IMG/VR virus record: IMGVR_UViG_3300025598_000038
Coordinates: 1-63,726 of that record
From: a virus
Lineage: Duplodnaviria; Caudoviricetes
Strand: one strand, 5' to 3'
Length of the DNA: 63,726 nt
In this document: one piece after another, positions 1-10,501 of the stretch
How the letters are laid out: each line of letters starts with the position of its first letter
Numbering within the stretch: the first letter of the stretch is position 1
Translations under genes and position numbers: made by a program
The notes under the pieces: model-generated
Told to the model about the DNA's origin: nothing
Database searches by the model: none
The model's input: the letters and a program-made list of their open reading frames with translations, nothing else

Positions 1-127
1 GTCCCTGCAACGCTGATAGACCCAGAAGAGCCATTGACCTGAGCAACGTACGATGTAGGCGCCGCAGGCGTACTGCCTGAGATCAAGACAGAGCCGTTAC
101 TAACGCCTACGCTGACAAGGCCAGCGC
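1..127. repeat. 127-bp terminal direct repeat, identical to 63600-63726 (circular assembly overlap)
   Basis: Base-for-base identity of 1-127 with 63600-63726; the reading frame of the giant fibre ORF is continuous across the join. Confidence 0.95.
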
Positions 128-3053
128 CAGCAAACATAAGGCTAGATTGGTTCAGAGATCCTGAAGTAGACAGGACCGTATTCGAGACGGCGTACGCAAA
201 AGGCGCTGGAACACCAATGCTGATAGTGCTTCCAGTCGTCGAGATGCTGACAAGACCAGTACCGCTAATAGACGATGTAGCAGGCACTGACTGAGTCGTG
301 TACGTCGTGATATATGGCGGCACAGACAAGATCAGGCCGTTAGTGCCCTGAGCGCCTGCTATGACGCTGCCTGTATTAGTCGTCGTCGTAAAGCCAGTTC
401 CGGCTATAGCGCCTGAAGCCTGTGTTTGCGTAGTCTGTGCAGCATATGTAGTCAGGAACGCGGGAACTGCCATAGACAGTCCATTTGTACCCAACGATGC
501 CGTAATGACTGAACCACTAGTCGAAGTGCTGGTAAACCCTGTCCCTGCAACGCTGACAGAGCCAGAAGAGCCATTGACCTGTTGTACGTATGAAGTGGGG
601 ACAGCAGAAATTGAAGCGGTGATTGTTCCGTTGTTCAACCCAAACGAAACATTGTTTGAGTTTGCAAAAGTAATTCCGCCGAAAGCGCCAGAACTTGCTC
701 CCGCAGATACGCTAAGAGGGACGGCCGCTACGGTATTGGCCGATATGGTTACTGACATGCCAGCGGCATTTGTTGAGCCGGAAAGCGTTATGTTGCTTCC
801 ACCAGCCAAAACAAATTGGTTTGATACTATCCCAGTATTTCCTGACGTATTACCGCCAGAAACGCCGACTGAGAATGCGGGCGCTCCAATGCTGATCGTG
901 CTGCCAGACGTCGATATGCTGACTATGCCAGTACCGCTGATAGACGAAGTTGCAGGAATAGTCCCGGTAGATGTCACCCACGCTGGAACAGAAAGCGCTA
1001 TACCGTTAGTTCCTAACGCTCCAAGAAGAACAGAACCAGTAGTTGAAACGGTTGAAAAACCTGTTCCAGCAATATTTCCTGATGCCTGAGTCTGCACTGA
1101 CTGAGAAGCGCCTATGCTTATAGTGCTTCCATTTGTCGATATGCTGACTATGCCAGTGCCGCTGATAGACGACGTAGCAGGTACTGACTGAGTCGTATAC
1201 GTGGTGATGTATGGAGGCACAGACAAGATCAGGCCATTAGTACCCTGAGCGCCTGCTATGACACTTCCCGTATTCGTCGTTGTCGTAAAGCCAGTTCCGG
1301 CTATAGCGCCTGAAGCCTGCGTCTGAACTGTTTGAGAAGCATAAGTTGTCAGGAATGCAGGGACTGCCATAGACAGACCGTTCGTTCCCAACGCCGCAGT
1401 AATTACTGAGCCGCTGGTCGAAGTGCTGGTAAAGCCTGTTCCTGCAACGCTGACAGAGCCAGAAGATCCGTTAACCTGAGCAACGTACGATGTAGGCGCC
1501 GCAGGCGTACTGCCTGAGATCAAGACAGAGCCGTTACTAACGCCTACGCTGACAAGGCCAGCGCCAGCAAACATAAGGCTAGATTGGTTCAAAGAACCAG
1601 AAGTAGATAAGACCGTATTAGAGGCCGCATAAGCAACAGGCGAAGGAACGCCAATGCTTATAGTGCTGCCATTTGTCGAAATATTAACGAGGCCAGTTCC
1701 GCTAATTGAAGAAGTCGCTGGAACCGTTTGAGTTGTGTATGTCGTGATATACGGAGGCACAGATAGCACTAAGCCATTTGTGCCAAGAGATCCGGCAAGC
1801 GCCGTTCCTGTCGTCGTTGAGGTTGAAAACCCTGTTCCGGCTATAGCGCCTGATGCCTGAGTCTGTACAGATTGAGATGCCCCAATACTGATCGTGCTTC
1901 CAGACGTAGCAATGGTGATAATTCCAGTGCCGCTGATAGAAGACGTCGATGGAACTGACTGGGTTGTATAAGTTGTAATGTAAGGAGGCACAGAAAGGGC
2001 TAACCCGTTTGTGCCAAGCGAACCAATCAACAAAGATCCAGTCGTCGCAGCGGTCGAGAATCCTGTCCCCGCTATAGCGCCTGATGCCTGAGTCTGTACG
2101 GATTGAGATGCGCCAATGCTGATGGTGCTGCCAGACGTCGCGATCGTGACAATTCCGGTTCCAGATAGCGAAGAAGTTCCCGGAATGCTGGCCGTAATAA
2201 CGCCTGAACTGAGGCCAAAACTTACGTTATTGCTGTTGGCAAACGTAATGGCCGAAAACGTGCCGGATGAGGCTCCGGCGGAAATCGTCATGTAGTTAGC
2301 AGTGCCTGCCGGGCCAGTAGGGCCAGTAGGACCTATGGGTCCTTGCGGTCCCGGCGGGCCAATAGGACCATCATCGCCATCATTGCCGTCAATGCCCGGA
2401 GGGCCCATTGGGCCAGCAGCGCCTGCAATTCCGGTAGCGCCTGTGGCGCCTTGCGGTCCCGGCGGTCCCGGCGGTCCAATTGCGCCATCATCGCCATCAT
2501 TACCGTCAATGCCCGGAGGTCCAACAGGTCCTGCGGCTCCAGTGGCTCCAGTAGCACCCGTGGCACCAGTAGCGCCCGTGGCACCAGTAGCGCCCGTGGC
2601 TCCTGTCGGGCCTTGCGGACCCTGTGGGCCGGGAGCCCCAATAGGACCTTCATCGCCGTCAGACCCGTCATTCCCCGGCGGACCCATGGCTCCAGTAACG
2701 CCCGTAGCGCCTGTGGGACCAGCAGGGCCAGTAGGGCCAGTAGGTCCAGTGGCGCCAGTAGGGCCCGGCAAAGACGGTCCTGCAGGGCCTTGTGGACCCT
2801 GAGGTCCTTGTGGGCCCTGAGGGCCAACAACCGCTACCGAAACGATTTCCGGCTGTGGCGTTTCGACAATCGAGACGATTTCGGAAGTTGCCTGCGTAAT
2901 GACGACGTCGGTGACGCCATCACATACGGCGACCGTGGTGGGCGATTCTGTGACCGAAACCTCAAATTGAGGCGTCTCAGTGACCGTAACCTGTACTAGA
3001 TCATCAGGCCCAAGAGAGGAGACTTGATTCGGTGAATTTGTGGATCCAGACAT
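1..3053 (-). CDS. 5' part of giant collagen / Ser-Thr-Gly repeat fibre protein (~2219 aa; continues across the circular junction from 63599 down to 59993)
   Basis: ATG at 3053 ([18 protein letters not shown]...), G-X-Y collagen at ~2300-2826, then [13 protein letters not shown]...GTNGL repeats. Same frame as ORF 59993..63685. Absent from the ORF track, consistent with running off the contig end. Confidence 0.85.
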   Translation of the reverse strand, partial: MSGSTNSPNQVSSLGPDDLVQVTVTETPQFEVSVTESPTTVAVCDGVTDVVITQATSEIVSIVETPQPEIVSVAVVGPQGPQGPQGPQGPAGPSLPGPTGATGPTGPTGPAGPTGATGVTGAMGPPGNDGSDGDEGPIGAPGPQGPQGPTGATGATGATGATGATGATGATGAAGPVGPPGIDGNDGDDGAIGPPGPPGPQGATGATGIAGAAGPMGPPGIDGNDGDDGPIGPPGPQGPIGPTGPTGPAGTANYMTISAGASSGTFSAITFANSNNVSFGLSSGVITASIPGTSSLSGTGIVTIATSGSTISIGASQSVQTQASGAIAGTGFSTAATTGSLLIGSLGTNGLALSVPPYITTYTTQSVPSTSSISGTGIITIATSGSTISIGASQSVQTQASGAIAGTGFSTSTTTGTALAGSLGTNGLVLSVPPYITTYTTQTVPATSSISGTGLVNISTNGSTISIGVPSPVAYAASNTVLSTSGSLNQSSLMFAGAGLVSVGVSNGSVLISGSTPAAPTSYVAQVNGSSGSVSVAGTGFTSTSTSGSVITAALGTNGLSMAVPAFLTTYASQTVQTQASGAIAGTGFTTTTNTGSVIAGAQGTNGLILSVPPYITTYTTQSVPATSSISGTGIVSISTNGSTISIGASQSVQTQASGNIAGTGFSTVSTTGSVLLGALGTNGIALSVPAWVTSTGTIPATSSISGTGIVSISTSGSTISIGAPAFSVGVSGGNTSGNTGIVSNQFVLAGGSNITLSGSTNAAGMSVTISANTVAAVPLSVSAGASSGAFGGITFANSNNVSFGLNNGTITASISAVPTSYVQQVNGSSGSVSVAGTGFTSTSTSGSVITASLGTNGLSMAVPAFLTTYAAQTTQTQASGAIAGTGFTTTTNTGSVIAGAQGTNGLILSVPPYITTYTTQSVPATSSISGTGLVSISTTGSTISIGVPAPFAYAVSNTVLSTSGSLNQSSLMFAGAGLVSVGVSNGSVLISGSTPAAPTSYVAQVNGSSGSISVAG

Positions 3054-3054
3054 A

Positions 3055-3444
3055 TCACCGGGTCACTTCTGGAGAAACGACGACTGTGCCTTGCAGCAAT
3101 CTCGTAACTATACCCCCGGCAGAAGTGAGATTCATGTCATAAACGCCACGCAGCCACGTGAACCCGGCTGTCGTCGTGGATGGGATTGTCAGCGTAATCG
3201 TCCCAGCAGTGCCGCCAAGGACGATATTTCCATTGGCGGTACTGCCCTCATACAGGATCGTGGTGGACTGCTGGGTCTGCCGAATCTGCATGTCGGCAGA
3301 AAACCCAGTCAAATCAACGGGCGTGGCCGTCGATGTGCTGGTGCTACAGCCCCCGCAGTCCGTCGTACCGCCGACCTGCCAAAGGAAGACCCGAATAAAC
3401 GTCGCGCCTTGCTCAATGTTTAAATTGTAAGTGCCAGCGCTCAT
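3055..3444 (-). CDS. Small virion structural protein, probable tail-fibre attachment/adaptor (BppU N-terminal-like)
   Basis: 129 aa with [11 protein letters not shown]...PVDLTG..A.MQIR...GVYD.......RLLQG.V.V.PEVTR pattern typical of fibre-associated phage proteins; sits directly upstream of the giant fibre gene. Confidence 0.55.
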   Translation of the reverse strand: MSAGTYNLNIEQGATFIRVFLWQVGGTTDCGGCSTSTSTATPVDLTGFSADMQIRQTQQSTTILYEGSTANGNIVLGGTAGTITLTIPSTTTAGFTWLRGVYDMNLTSAGGIVTRLLQGTVVVSPEVTR

Positions 3445-3465
3445 TTGGCCTTCCTATCCAGAGGA

Positions 3466-5265
3466 TTAAGACATTGCTTCTTGAGCAATGATACTGGCAT
3501 TGATGCTCGCAGAACCAGTAATGGCGACCGTCAAAATGTCTGGCTGATTGCCCTGCACATTGTTGTACAGCGGGAAAAAGTTCGACAGGTCAAAGTTCTG
3601 CAGAGCACCAGAGGGCAGAGGTGCGTTATAGACCACTTCGCCGCCAACAAGCCCCGTAGCGGAAACGTCACGCTCTGCGAAACTGTTCAGCGATCCAAGG
3701 CTGTACATCGTTGCAAACGATGCGCCAGTCAACGCAATCGGAGAAGAGTAAGTAGACGCAATCAATTCCAGCGTGCAGTTGGCGCTAGAGAAAATGGACA
3801 GAATCTGCGGAAGCAATTGACCACGGTCAATGACTCCGAGAATGTAGTTGCCGCCAGCCGCAGGCAGGACAGGCATCGGGCCACCCTGCACGTTATCCAC
3901 GACCGTCAGGGCGCTTGTCGTGTTTGCGGTAATGCGGCCAACAGATCCCTGACCCGTTTGGTAAGTGATCGTGCCCGTTACCGTGCCCGAAGCCGTCGTG
4001 TTAAAGGTAAACGTGTTGGCCGTGACGCCAGTGATCTGAACTTGAGTAGGAAACGTGCCCGTCGCTGGCGTTGCGCCGTTAATCGTCACCCAACGACCAA
4101 CAGTCAAATAGTTGGGATTCGCCGCCGTCGTGGCAGTGGCCACGCTACCCGTAATCGTAATGCCCGTGATCGATGCCGTGGCGCCACGGCAGAAAATGTA
4201 TTTGCCAACCCATGCATTAGCGACAAGCGGAGTTCCCGTCAGCGTCACGGTGCTAGAGGCAGCGGTGTTGGTTGCGCTGGCAATCGCAGCGCCACCTGCA
4301 GGGAGAGTCCCGTTGGCGCCAGAGTAGGCCGAATCAACGCCATACTCCAACGTGCCCATGTTGCGGTAACGGACGGAAAGAACCGGATAGCGAGTGCCTG
4401 TGGTAACGGTTCTGGAGGCGCTGGTGCCGTAGCCGTACGTAAACCCACGCTGAGTATCAATCTTGCCTTTGGCAAGAACCGACACGCCATAGTGCGTCAT
4501 GCTGCCAGCAGCAGAAGCGCCGATGTTGCGAAGTTCATACCGGACAGGCAAGTTTCCCGTGCGCGCCCATGCAAGCGTTTGGGCAGACAAGTTGCCTATA
4601 CCGACCTGATGGAGGACGTACGGTTCGCCGTTAACCATGACGCCCCAACGAAGCAACCCGGCCCCGTACCAAGCGAATTCCACCCACCACATTTGAATGT
4701 TGTTGACGTTGAAAGCGCCAACAACAGGATTTAAACCACGGAAAACGCCTTGAGGATCCGACCAATTATTAGATGGAATACGAGTATCGACAACGCCTGA
4801 ACCATTCGCGTCCGATCGATAAACAACGTACATGCCCGAAGGATTTGTTGCAGTAGGATCAGCCTGTTCAAAAAACAACCCGTTACCATCGTCAAAAAAC
4901 CCTACGCGCTGGCGCTGGTTTGTGTTGGCGACACCAAACAAAAGACCGCTGGCCATGTACAGAGTCTTGCCCGGCTGATACCGAATATACGGACGAGTCT
5001 GGCGAATTGCGATGTCGCCTGAAGCCGCAGTGACCGACATGACAACGCCGCCCAACGCAGAGTTAGGGGTAATTGTCGCGCCGCCAATAATGACCTGTTC
5101 CCAGCGCATCGGCTGGCCACCGTATTCAAAGTCGGCCTCAAAGAGGTTCTGGACTTCCGAAACTTCTAACTTGCCGACGTTGTCACGCAGGCGCTGCGGA
5201 GCCGCAGTGATATTGGATGTCGGATCTGCGGGAAGAGTTTGCGCGGCTTCAGATAAACCAGCCAT
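3466..5265 (-). CDS. Virion structural protein (beta-rich, 599 aa)
   Basis: Long ORF in the structural operon; QTRPYIRYQPGK and WYGAG motifs of a widespread phage structural family; Thr-rich inserted beta domain. Confidence 0.6.
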   Translation of the reverse strand: MAGLSEAAQTLPADPTSNITAAPQRLRDNVGKLEVSEVQNLFEADFEYGGQPMRWEQVIIGGATITPNSALGGVVMSVTAASGDIAIRQTRPYIRYQPGKTLYMASGLLFGVANTNQRQRVGFFDDGNGLFFEQADPTATNPSGMYVVYRSDANGSGVVDTRIPSNNWSDPQGVFRGLNPVVGAFNVNNIQMWWVEFAWYGAGLLRWGVMVNGEPYVLHQVGIGNLSAQTLAWARTGNLPVRYELRNIGASAAGSMTHYGVSVLAKGKIDTQRGFTYGYGTSASRTVTTGTRYPVLSVRYRNMGTLEYGVDSAYSGANGTLPAGGAAIASATNTAASSTVTLTGTPLVANAWVGKYIFCRGATASITGITITGSVATATTAANPNYLTVGRWVTINGATPATGTFPTQVQITGVTANTFTFNTTASGTVTGTITYQTGQGSVGRITANTTSALTVVDNVQGGPMPVLPAAGGNYILGVIDRGQLLPQILSIFSSANCTLELIASTYSSPIALTGASFATMYSLGSLNSFAERDVSATGLVGGEVVYNAPLPSGALQNFDLSNFFPLYNNVQGNQPDILTVAITGSASINASIIAQEAMS

Positions 5266-5280
5266 GGGTCATTCTCCAGA

Positions 5281-5928
5281 TTAGTAAGGCGCGTTGCCGG
5301 ATTGGGCAAACACTGCCGAAACAGAGCCCGTGCCGCTGTTGAGCGTCACCTTAGCCCATGTTGGATTGTAGGTATAATTGCTCTGAACCGTCGCCGTCGA
5401 ATTGACTACAGCAGGGTCCGCGCTGTTAACCCACGCCACCTGATAAGGGAGGACCGGATTGGTCGGGCTGTTTGGATCCTGCAAGGTCTGCTGAACCGTG
5501 TAATTGACCGTTCCGTTGACCGTAACCTGAATAGAGGTTTGCGGTAACGCATATTCATCAAGGCGAACCCACATCGACGAAGCGACTGTATTGGTTCCGA
5601 CCGTAATTGCGCCAGCCGCAGCGGCGCTGATGGTGATCGACTTGATCGTGCCAAAGTCCATGTTGGTGTAACTGGTGCCGATGTTGGTCAATGCCAGCAC
5701 TTCGGTAATCGCGCTGCCGTTGTAATCGGTTCCCGTCAGAACAGCATTCTTGCCGCTCTCATTGGCCGACGTGGTGAAAAGGATTCGACGAGGCGTATCC
5801 AAAAAAGCAACACCATTGACGACTAAAGCACCGTTCAAGGTGAACGACGTCGTCGGCGTCTGTGTGGTGCAAATGTTGTTGGCGCTCGCAGCAGCAAGTG
5901 GGCCAACCGTGACTGTTACTGGGCGCAT
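5281..5928 (-). CDS. Virion structural protein (beta-rich, 215 aa)
   Basis: Thr/Ala/Val-rich ORF in the head-downstream structural cluster. Confidence 0.55.
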   Translation of the reverse strand: MRPVTVTVGPLAAASANNICTTQTPTTSFTLNGALVVNGVAFLDTPRRILFTTSANESGKNAVLTGTDYNGSAITEVLALTNIGTSYTNMDFGTIKSITISAAAAGAITVGTNTVASSMWVRLDEYALPQTSIQVTVNGTVNYTVQQTLQDPNSPTNPVLPYQVAWVNSADPAVVNSTATVQSNYTYNPTWAKVTLNSGTGSVSAVFAQSGNAPY

Positions 5929-5948
5929 GGCATGTCCTCAAGTCGAAG

Positions 5949-5975
5949 GAAAAACGGGGGCACAAGGCCCCCGTT
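5949..5975 (-). terminator. Rho-independent terminator
   Basis: Minus strand AACGGGGGC-CTTGT-GCCCCCGTT followed by T-run. Confidence 0.65.
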
Positions 5976-6010
5976 AGTGCAAGAAAAACTGGGTAGAGGG
6001 GGGTCCCAGT

Positions 6011-6343
6011 TTACTTCATGCCCATTTCCACGGTATGCGCCTTCGGCTCCGTGCCCTTGTGGGCCGTGAACGCAAAGATGTTGCCAGAGGTCTTGCCGCC
6101 ATGCTTGCGCGGCTTACGGCCAGCGTGATGCTTGCCGTGATGACCTTCGACCATCATCTCGTGCTTAGGCGCCTTACCGCCGTGCTTACGCTTGGCGCGA
6201 CCACCATGCTTACGCTCTTCGGCTTCCTTGTCGATTTCCTTCGCATTGGTGCGCGGTTCAGGACGGGTTTTGAGGTCCATCTCCGCTTCGTTGACACCAA
6301 CGTGGCCGCCTTTGGCCTTGTGATGCTTCTTATGACCTTTCAT
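6011..6343 (-). CDS. Small basic His/Lys-rich protein with repeated RKHGG motifs (putative internal core protein)
   Basis: 110 aa with KAKGG and RKHGG x3; GGAG RBS upstream; shares HHAGRKPRKxGGK with 11155..12381. Confidence 0.7.
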   Translation of the reverse strand: MKGHKKHHKAKGGHVGVNEAEMDLKTRPEPRTNAKEIDKEAEERKHGGRAKRKHGGKAPKHEMMVEGHHGKHHAGRKPRKHGGKTSGNIFAFTAHKGTEPKAHTVEMGMK

Positions 6344-6355
6344 ATCATGCTCCCA

Positions 6356-6841
6356 TTAGGCCGCGTATTGGCCGTTGGTGTAACCGTTAGCCGCCTGCAG
6401 GTACTTGACGATGAGAACGCCAACACCCGCTGTACCAGCGGTAGAACTCACAACGACCTGCTGGTCTTGCGTCGAACTCACGTTATTCCAAACACCAACC
6501 TGAGTTGCAGTGGTCGGAGTAACAGAGTTCTGGCCTACGCCGGGCGCCGTGACAGCATTCGCAAACGCCGTTGCCGTACCAGCAACGCCAATCTGCAAGT
6601 TCCCGCCCGACCAAGCAGTCGTCACGTTGACATACATGCTGGTGATAAGGCTATTCGCAGGAATGACGATAGTCGTAGCAACAGAAGAGGTCGATTGCGT
6701 GATAGGCGCAAACTGCACCATCTCCGCAAAGCCCACGTTCTGCGTGCCGGAACTACCACCAACGCCAGCAAGGTTGCCCGTGCCGTCGCTGTTGAGGACG
6801 TTACCTGCAAGTAGCGGACCCGTAAAAATAGTCGATGACAT
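6356..6841 (-). CDS. Capsid decoration/cement-like protein
   Basis: 161 aa immediately downstream of the major capsid gene, AGGAG RBS; N-terminal T.FTGP motif and jelly-roll-like IPANS.IT...V...W pattern. Confidence 0.55.
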   Translation of the reverse strand: MSSTIFTGPLLAGNVLNSDGTGNLAGVGGSSGTQNVGFAEMVQFAPITQSTSSVATTIVIPANSLITSMYVNVTTAWSGGNLQIGVAGTATAFANAVTAPGVGQNSVTPTTATQVGVWNNVSSTQDQQVVVSSTAGTAGVGVLIVKYLQAANGYTNGQYAA

Positions 6842-6886
6842 ATTTGTCTCCTAAGAATGGCCCCCATTGCTGGGAGCCTTTCCGTA

Positions 6887-7801
6887 TTACGAGGTCGGGA
6901 ACGAACCGTAAATCGAGCGCCAGTTGTAGTACCCGAAGGAGTACCGCTCGTAGCCCTTGACCAACAGATTGTCCGTAACGAAATCGACCTGCATGTCCGT
7001 TTCAAACTTGACGCGCTCCATGTACGAAAGGCCGTCAATGTTCGTCAGCAAGTACCAATAGAAGGACGAGGTCAAGAAGTCATTGACCATGTAGCCTTCC
7101 GGCAGGCCGCCAGCCGTCGTAAGGATTGCGTTGACGTCGTTGTCTGCAGTACCCGGACGCAATTCCGTCTTCAGAAGACGAATTGCAACAGGCTCCAACT
7201 GCGGAGGAACGATCAACTTACGACCACGAGCGAAGACCTTGAGGTTCGCCATGTCGCGGAAGTTGGTGCGGATCGCAATCATCGCGTTCAACAACGTCGC
7301 CTCGTTGAGGTCAACGTCAGTCGTCGGCTTGTTCGCGATCGTATTGCCGTCGATCGGGTGAGATGTGCTGCACAAGGCAACACCGTCACCGCCGATATTC
7401 GGGTTATACGTCGTCGCCGTGTTGAGGATGTTCGCCGCGTAAATTTCCTTGGTCTGCTGGAAAGATTCAATCAGACCGAGGTTAGACGGGTGGAACTGCG
7501 TCTTGTACAAGTTGTCGTCAATCGCTTTGCGCGTAATCGCGTAACCGAGAGCGATTTCCGAGTGCTCTTGGTTGTACACGAAACGCTCACCAGCGCCGTT
7601 GTCGAACGACGTCTGAGCGCCTTCCGACTTCAACTGCGCGAGGCCGAGGTAACGCATTTCGGCGGTACGCTCGAGGGCGAGTTTCGAGTCATGCTTGGTG
7701 AAGATCTTGTCGTACTGAGATGGGATCATCTCATACTTGCCTTCTACACCACGAAGTCCCGGCAGCAGGAGGTCTTTAATAGCACTTAAATTAACGGCCA
7801 T
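6887..7801 (-). CDS. Major capsid protein (Mu gpT-like, HK97 fold)
   Basis: 304 aa; LLLPGL N-terminus, GGDGVALCSTSHP, KLIVPPQL, C-terminal ERYSFGYYNWRSIYGS; position after scaffold. Confidence 0.9.
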   Translation of the reverse strand: MAVNLSAIKDLLLPGLRGVEGKYEMIPSQYDKIFTKHDSKLALERTAEMRYLGLAQLKSEGAQTSFDNGAGERFVYNQEHSEIALGYAITRKAIDDNLYKTQFHPSNLGLIESFQQTKEIYAANILNTATTYNPNIGGDGVALCSTSHPIDGNTIANKPTTDVDLNEATLLNAMIAIRTNFRDMANLKVFARGRKLIVPPQLEPVAIRLLKTELRPGTADNDVNAILTTAGGLPEGYMVNDFLTSSFYWYLLTNIDGLSYMERVKFETDMQVDFVTDNLLVKGYERYSFGYYNWRSIYGSFPTS

Positions 7802-7814
7802 TTTTAGTTACTCC

Positions 7815-8798
7815 TTAGACGCCGTAGGACTGCTTCAGCATCGCATTGTTGAATGCAACAACGATGCGGTTGTAAGCAGAGGTGTAGTCGTTGCCGTTGA
7901 TCGACTGAAGCGGGTTTGAACCGTCAGGCGTGTAGTTGGCAAGGGCGACAACGCGGAACGGGAGAAGCGGCTGATAGCCGCCCGGCGTGCTCAGAGAGTA
8001 CTGATCCGCGTAGGCGGTCGAAAGACCCGTGGCAGTGTTGCCGTTGGTCAAGCCAGTAACCTGAGTGCCCGACGTGTTGTAGTAGTTGCCGTACACAAAT
8101 CCGATGTTCTGGCCGATGTTGGCAATACCAACAGCAGATGACGTCGTATTCGAGTTGGCGGTCTGCACAACGAACTGAGCATTCGGGTCGTTGACCACGT
8201 ATGCCGTGACGTTTGCGTTGGTGTTCGCATCCGAGCCCGGCCAGTAGTTCGACCAGACGGTGCGCTTCTGAGCGACCGACAGGTACTTGCAGCCGACAAA
8301 AATGCCAGCAACCGGAACGTAGATGGTGACAGTACCAAACGTGGTGGACGTGACCGAAGCCGGGCCCGCGTTACCGCTGCTGTAAATCGCAACAGCCGTC
8401 GTCGTGGTGGACGAGGTTACCGTGTAAACGCCGTTCAGCGTAACCGGAGCCGCGCCAGAGACAACAATCTGCGAACCAACCGGAGGAGCCCACGCATTCG
8501 GCGTAGACGGCAGCGTGCCGCTATTGGCCGGGGTGGCCGCCGAGAAGGTGATGGTCGCAACACCGCCAGCAGACGTAACAATGCCGCCAGTCAAGCCAGT
8601 CAACGTGACCGGAGCATATGCCTGCGTAATAAGGCCCGTGCCGACGCCCGTGGCGCTGGCGGCCTGCATTACCGGATCACCAAAGAAAATGCCGCCAGTG
8701 TTCGACGGCGAGATCGCCATCTGCACTTGCTCATAGGTCGGGAGCGAACCCGTACCCGTGTACTGACTAAAACCGAAAGGCGCTGAAGTATTCGCCAT
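7815..8798 (-). CDS. Head structural/decoration protein preceding the capsid gene
   Basis: MANTSAPFGF...IFFGDPV...GIFVGCKY...YWP...AYVVNDPNAQFVVQ pattern typical of the gene upstream of gpT-like capsids; AGGAG RBS. Confidence 0.7.
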   Translation of the reverse strand: MANTSAPFGFSQYTGTGSLPTYEQVQMAISPSNTGGIFFGDPVMQAASATGVGTGLITQAYAPVTLTGLTGGIVTSAGGVATITFSAATPANSGTLPSTPNAWAPPVGSQIVVSGAAPVTLNGVYTVTSSTTTTAVAIYSSGNAGPASVTSTTFGTVTIYVPVAGIFVGCKYLSVAQKRTVWSNYWPGSDANTNANVTAYVVNDPNAQFVVQTANSNTTSSAVGIANIGQNIGFVYGNYYNTSGTQVTGLTNGNTATGLSTAYADQYSLSTPGGYQPLLPFRVVALANYTPDGSNPLQSINGNDYTSAYNRIVVAFNNAMLKQSYGV

Positions 8799-8893
8799 GA
8801 CGGATTCTCCTTACAGGAGGCCATCATCGCGCACCGGGGCGATTTAGACCGGGGGTTTTCTGCAACTCCCACGCCGGGCAGGAGGTTAAGCGG

Positions 8894-8922
8894 AATTTAC
8901 CCCTGCATATTAACAAGCGCAA
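8894..8922 (-). promoter_or_regulatory. Sigma70-like promoter for the capsid operon
   Basis: Minus strand TTGCGC-17 bp-TAAATT just downstream of a terminator; predicts a ~90-nt structured leader. Confidence 0.5.
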
Positions 8923-8929
8923 CAACACT

Positions 8930-8956
8930 AAAGAAAAAGCGCCCCGTAGGGCGCTT
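8930..8956 (-). terminator. Rho-independent terminator
   Basis: AAGCGCCC-TACG-GGGCGCTT (cUACGg tetraloop) plus T-tract on the minus strand after 8977..9591. Confidence 0.8.
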
Positions 8957-8976
8957 AAAAAGGCATTTACCGCCTA

Positions 8977-9591
8977 TTATTCTGGGATTGGAATGGCTTC
9001 GTAGGATTTTTTGACGCTGGCAAGACTGCTGCCGTCGCTCTTCTTGCGCTGAAGCGTGCCATCTGGCGCCGAGTTCAACTGCTCTTCCTTCTGACGAACC
9101 TGCTGGCGGGCGCGCCGCAAGTCAGCGGCACGTACTTCGTCCGTAATCTCTTTCGGACGTTCCATCAGAATCATGCCTTTGCGCTCAATCACGGCAAAAT
9201 TGCCCGTGCTGGGCATCATTTCAGGATGGCGATCGGCAGGAACGGCTTCCCATCCGTTACGGGCCAACTGGACCTGATACGCCGGATCTTCCTGCCCAAG
9301 CAGCAATTTGCGTTTCCATTCGTAGTCCCAGCCGTCCGGGATGATATCGAGAGGGATATAGAACTCGTCAGTCCCCTCGTCCATGGCGCCACGGTGCTCG
9401 CGCAATTCCGCCGCACGGCGGGCAGCGCGGTCACGCGGATTTTCGCGCAGTGGAGCACGCGGGATAGAGGCAGGCGCCTCCTCCTGAGCAAGGATGTCGT
9501 CAATGCTTTCGGACTCCACCTCGTCGATGGCTTCCATCAGGCGATTGTGCCGGGCTCTCTGGCGCTTTTCTTTCGGTGTTTCGGTATCCAT
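8977..9591 (-). CDS. Conserved head-module hypothetical protein
   Basis: 204 aa; IPDGWDYEWKR...GWEAVP...GMILMERP family commonly found between scaffold and capsid genes. Confidence 0.7.
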   Translation of the reverse strand: MDTETPKEKRQRARHNRLMEAIDEVESESIDDILAQEEAPASIPRAPLRENPRDRAARRAAELREHRGAMDEGTDEFYIPLDIIPDGWDYEWKRKLLLGQEDPAYQVQLARNGWEAVPADRHPEMMPSTGNFAVIERKGMILMERPKEITDEVRAADLRRARQQVRQKEEQLNSAPDGTLQRKKSDGSSLASVKKSYEAIPIPE

Positions 9592-9600
9592 AGTGATTCC

Positions 9601-10491
9601 TTAGTTCAATTTGCCTTCGCGCTGGAGAGCCAACTTGTTCTTGGCGTACTCCTGATCGGTCATACCCATCATCTTGGCCATCTCGCGCTCGTCCGAAGTC
9701 AAACGGACCACGTTAGAACGGCTTCCAGTGCCCGCAGTGCCGCTGCGCGAGACAGGGGCTGCTGGAGGTGCGGTACGGCGCTGCGTGACCTTGGCAGCGT
9801 CCGCAGAGGCGTCAGCGGCAGGCGCTGCCTCTTTGCGAACCCGCAAAGTCAGTTCAATCGAATCAAAATAGTCGTCAGTGTCGGCCGTCAGCCCGTCCGC
9901 CATTGCCAATTCGTGCGCCGCAATCATCTTGCGGTACAGATTGGGGTTGCGGGCGTACTCAGGGTGGGCGCGAACCCACTGCGCCGATCGAGGCGACAAC
10001 TGTGAGGCCAACGCCTCTACCGGGTCACTCTGGACCGGGTCCGGCGCCTTCTGCTTAGGCGCCTGTTCCATCGCCTGCTTGCCCTGCTCCAACTGCAGCA
10101 ACTTGGCAGAGTTCTCCGCCATGGTCTGCTGGATGTCGGCAGCGGCGTCATAGTCACCCGCAGCCATAGCCTGCGAGTACGCAGCCTTCAGGTTCTGCGT
10201 ATTTGCCTTAACGGTGTCGATTGCGTTGTTGATCAGGTGCAGATTGGTGTCTGCAACTTCACTCTGAGCCTTAAAAGCGTTCTGCTTGGCCTCGTTTGCC
10301 GCCTTTTCGGCTGCAATACGCGCCGCACGCTCGTCTTCCAACTGCTTTTTCAGCGCTTCAATGCCATCTTCGGGCAAAAGTTCAGCCTTTTGAGGCGTTT
10401 CTTCGGCCTTTACGACCTCAACTTCGTCCTTTTTGACGTCTTTTTCAATCGGATCGATCTCAATCTCAATCTGTTCCGGTTCATCAGCCAT
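9601..10491 (-). CDS. Capsid scaffolding protein
   Basis: Acidic N-terminus, long coiled coil, C-terminal VRLT..E..MAK.MGMT..EYAK motif; start reassigned to MADEPEQ (ATG 10491, AAGGGG RBS). Confidence 0.75.
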   Translation of the reverse strand: MADEPEQIEIEIDPIEKDVKKDEVEVVKAEETPQKAELLPEDGIEALKKQLEDERAARIAAEKAANEAKQNAFKAQSEVADTNLHLINNAIDTVKANTQNLKAAYSQAMAAGDYDAAADIQQTMAENSAKLLQLEQGKQAMEQAPKQKAPDPVQSDPVEALASQLSPRSAQWVRAHPEYARNPNLYRKMIAAHELAMADGLTADTDDYFDSIELTLRVRKEAAPAADASADAAKVTQRRTAPPAAPVSRSGTAGTGSRSNVVRLTSDEREMAKMMGMTDQEYAKNKLALQREGKLN

Positions 10492-10501
10492 GATTGCCCC
10501 C

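Noticed and set aside
1-127. Terminal repeat as a biological direct terminal repeat
   Set aside because: It is exactly 127 bp (a common assembler k-mer) and lies mid-gene in a repeat-rich ORF, so it is an assembly overlap. Because it is in a repeat, circularity and repeat count remain slightly uncertain.
361-2999. Plus-strand ORFs 361..1089, 2302..2802 and 2343..2999, and similar long antisense ORFs such as 3445..4734, 6857..7789 and 32115..33437
   Set aside because: Shadow frames of GC-rich or repetitive minus-strand genes, with no independent motifs or RBS.
3893-3901. Isolated DnaA-box-like TTATCCACG within a coding region
   Set aside because: A single imperfect copy inside a gene; expected by chance.
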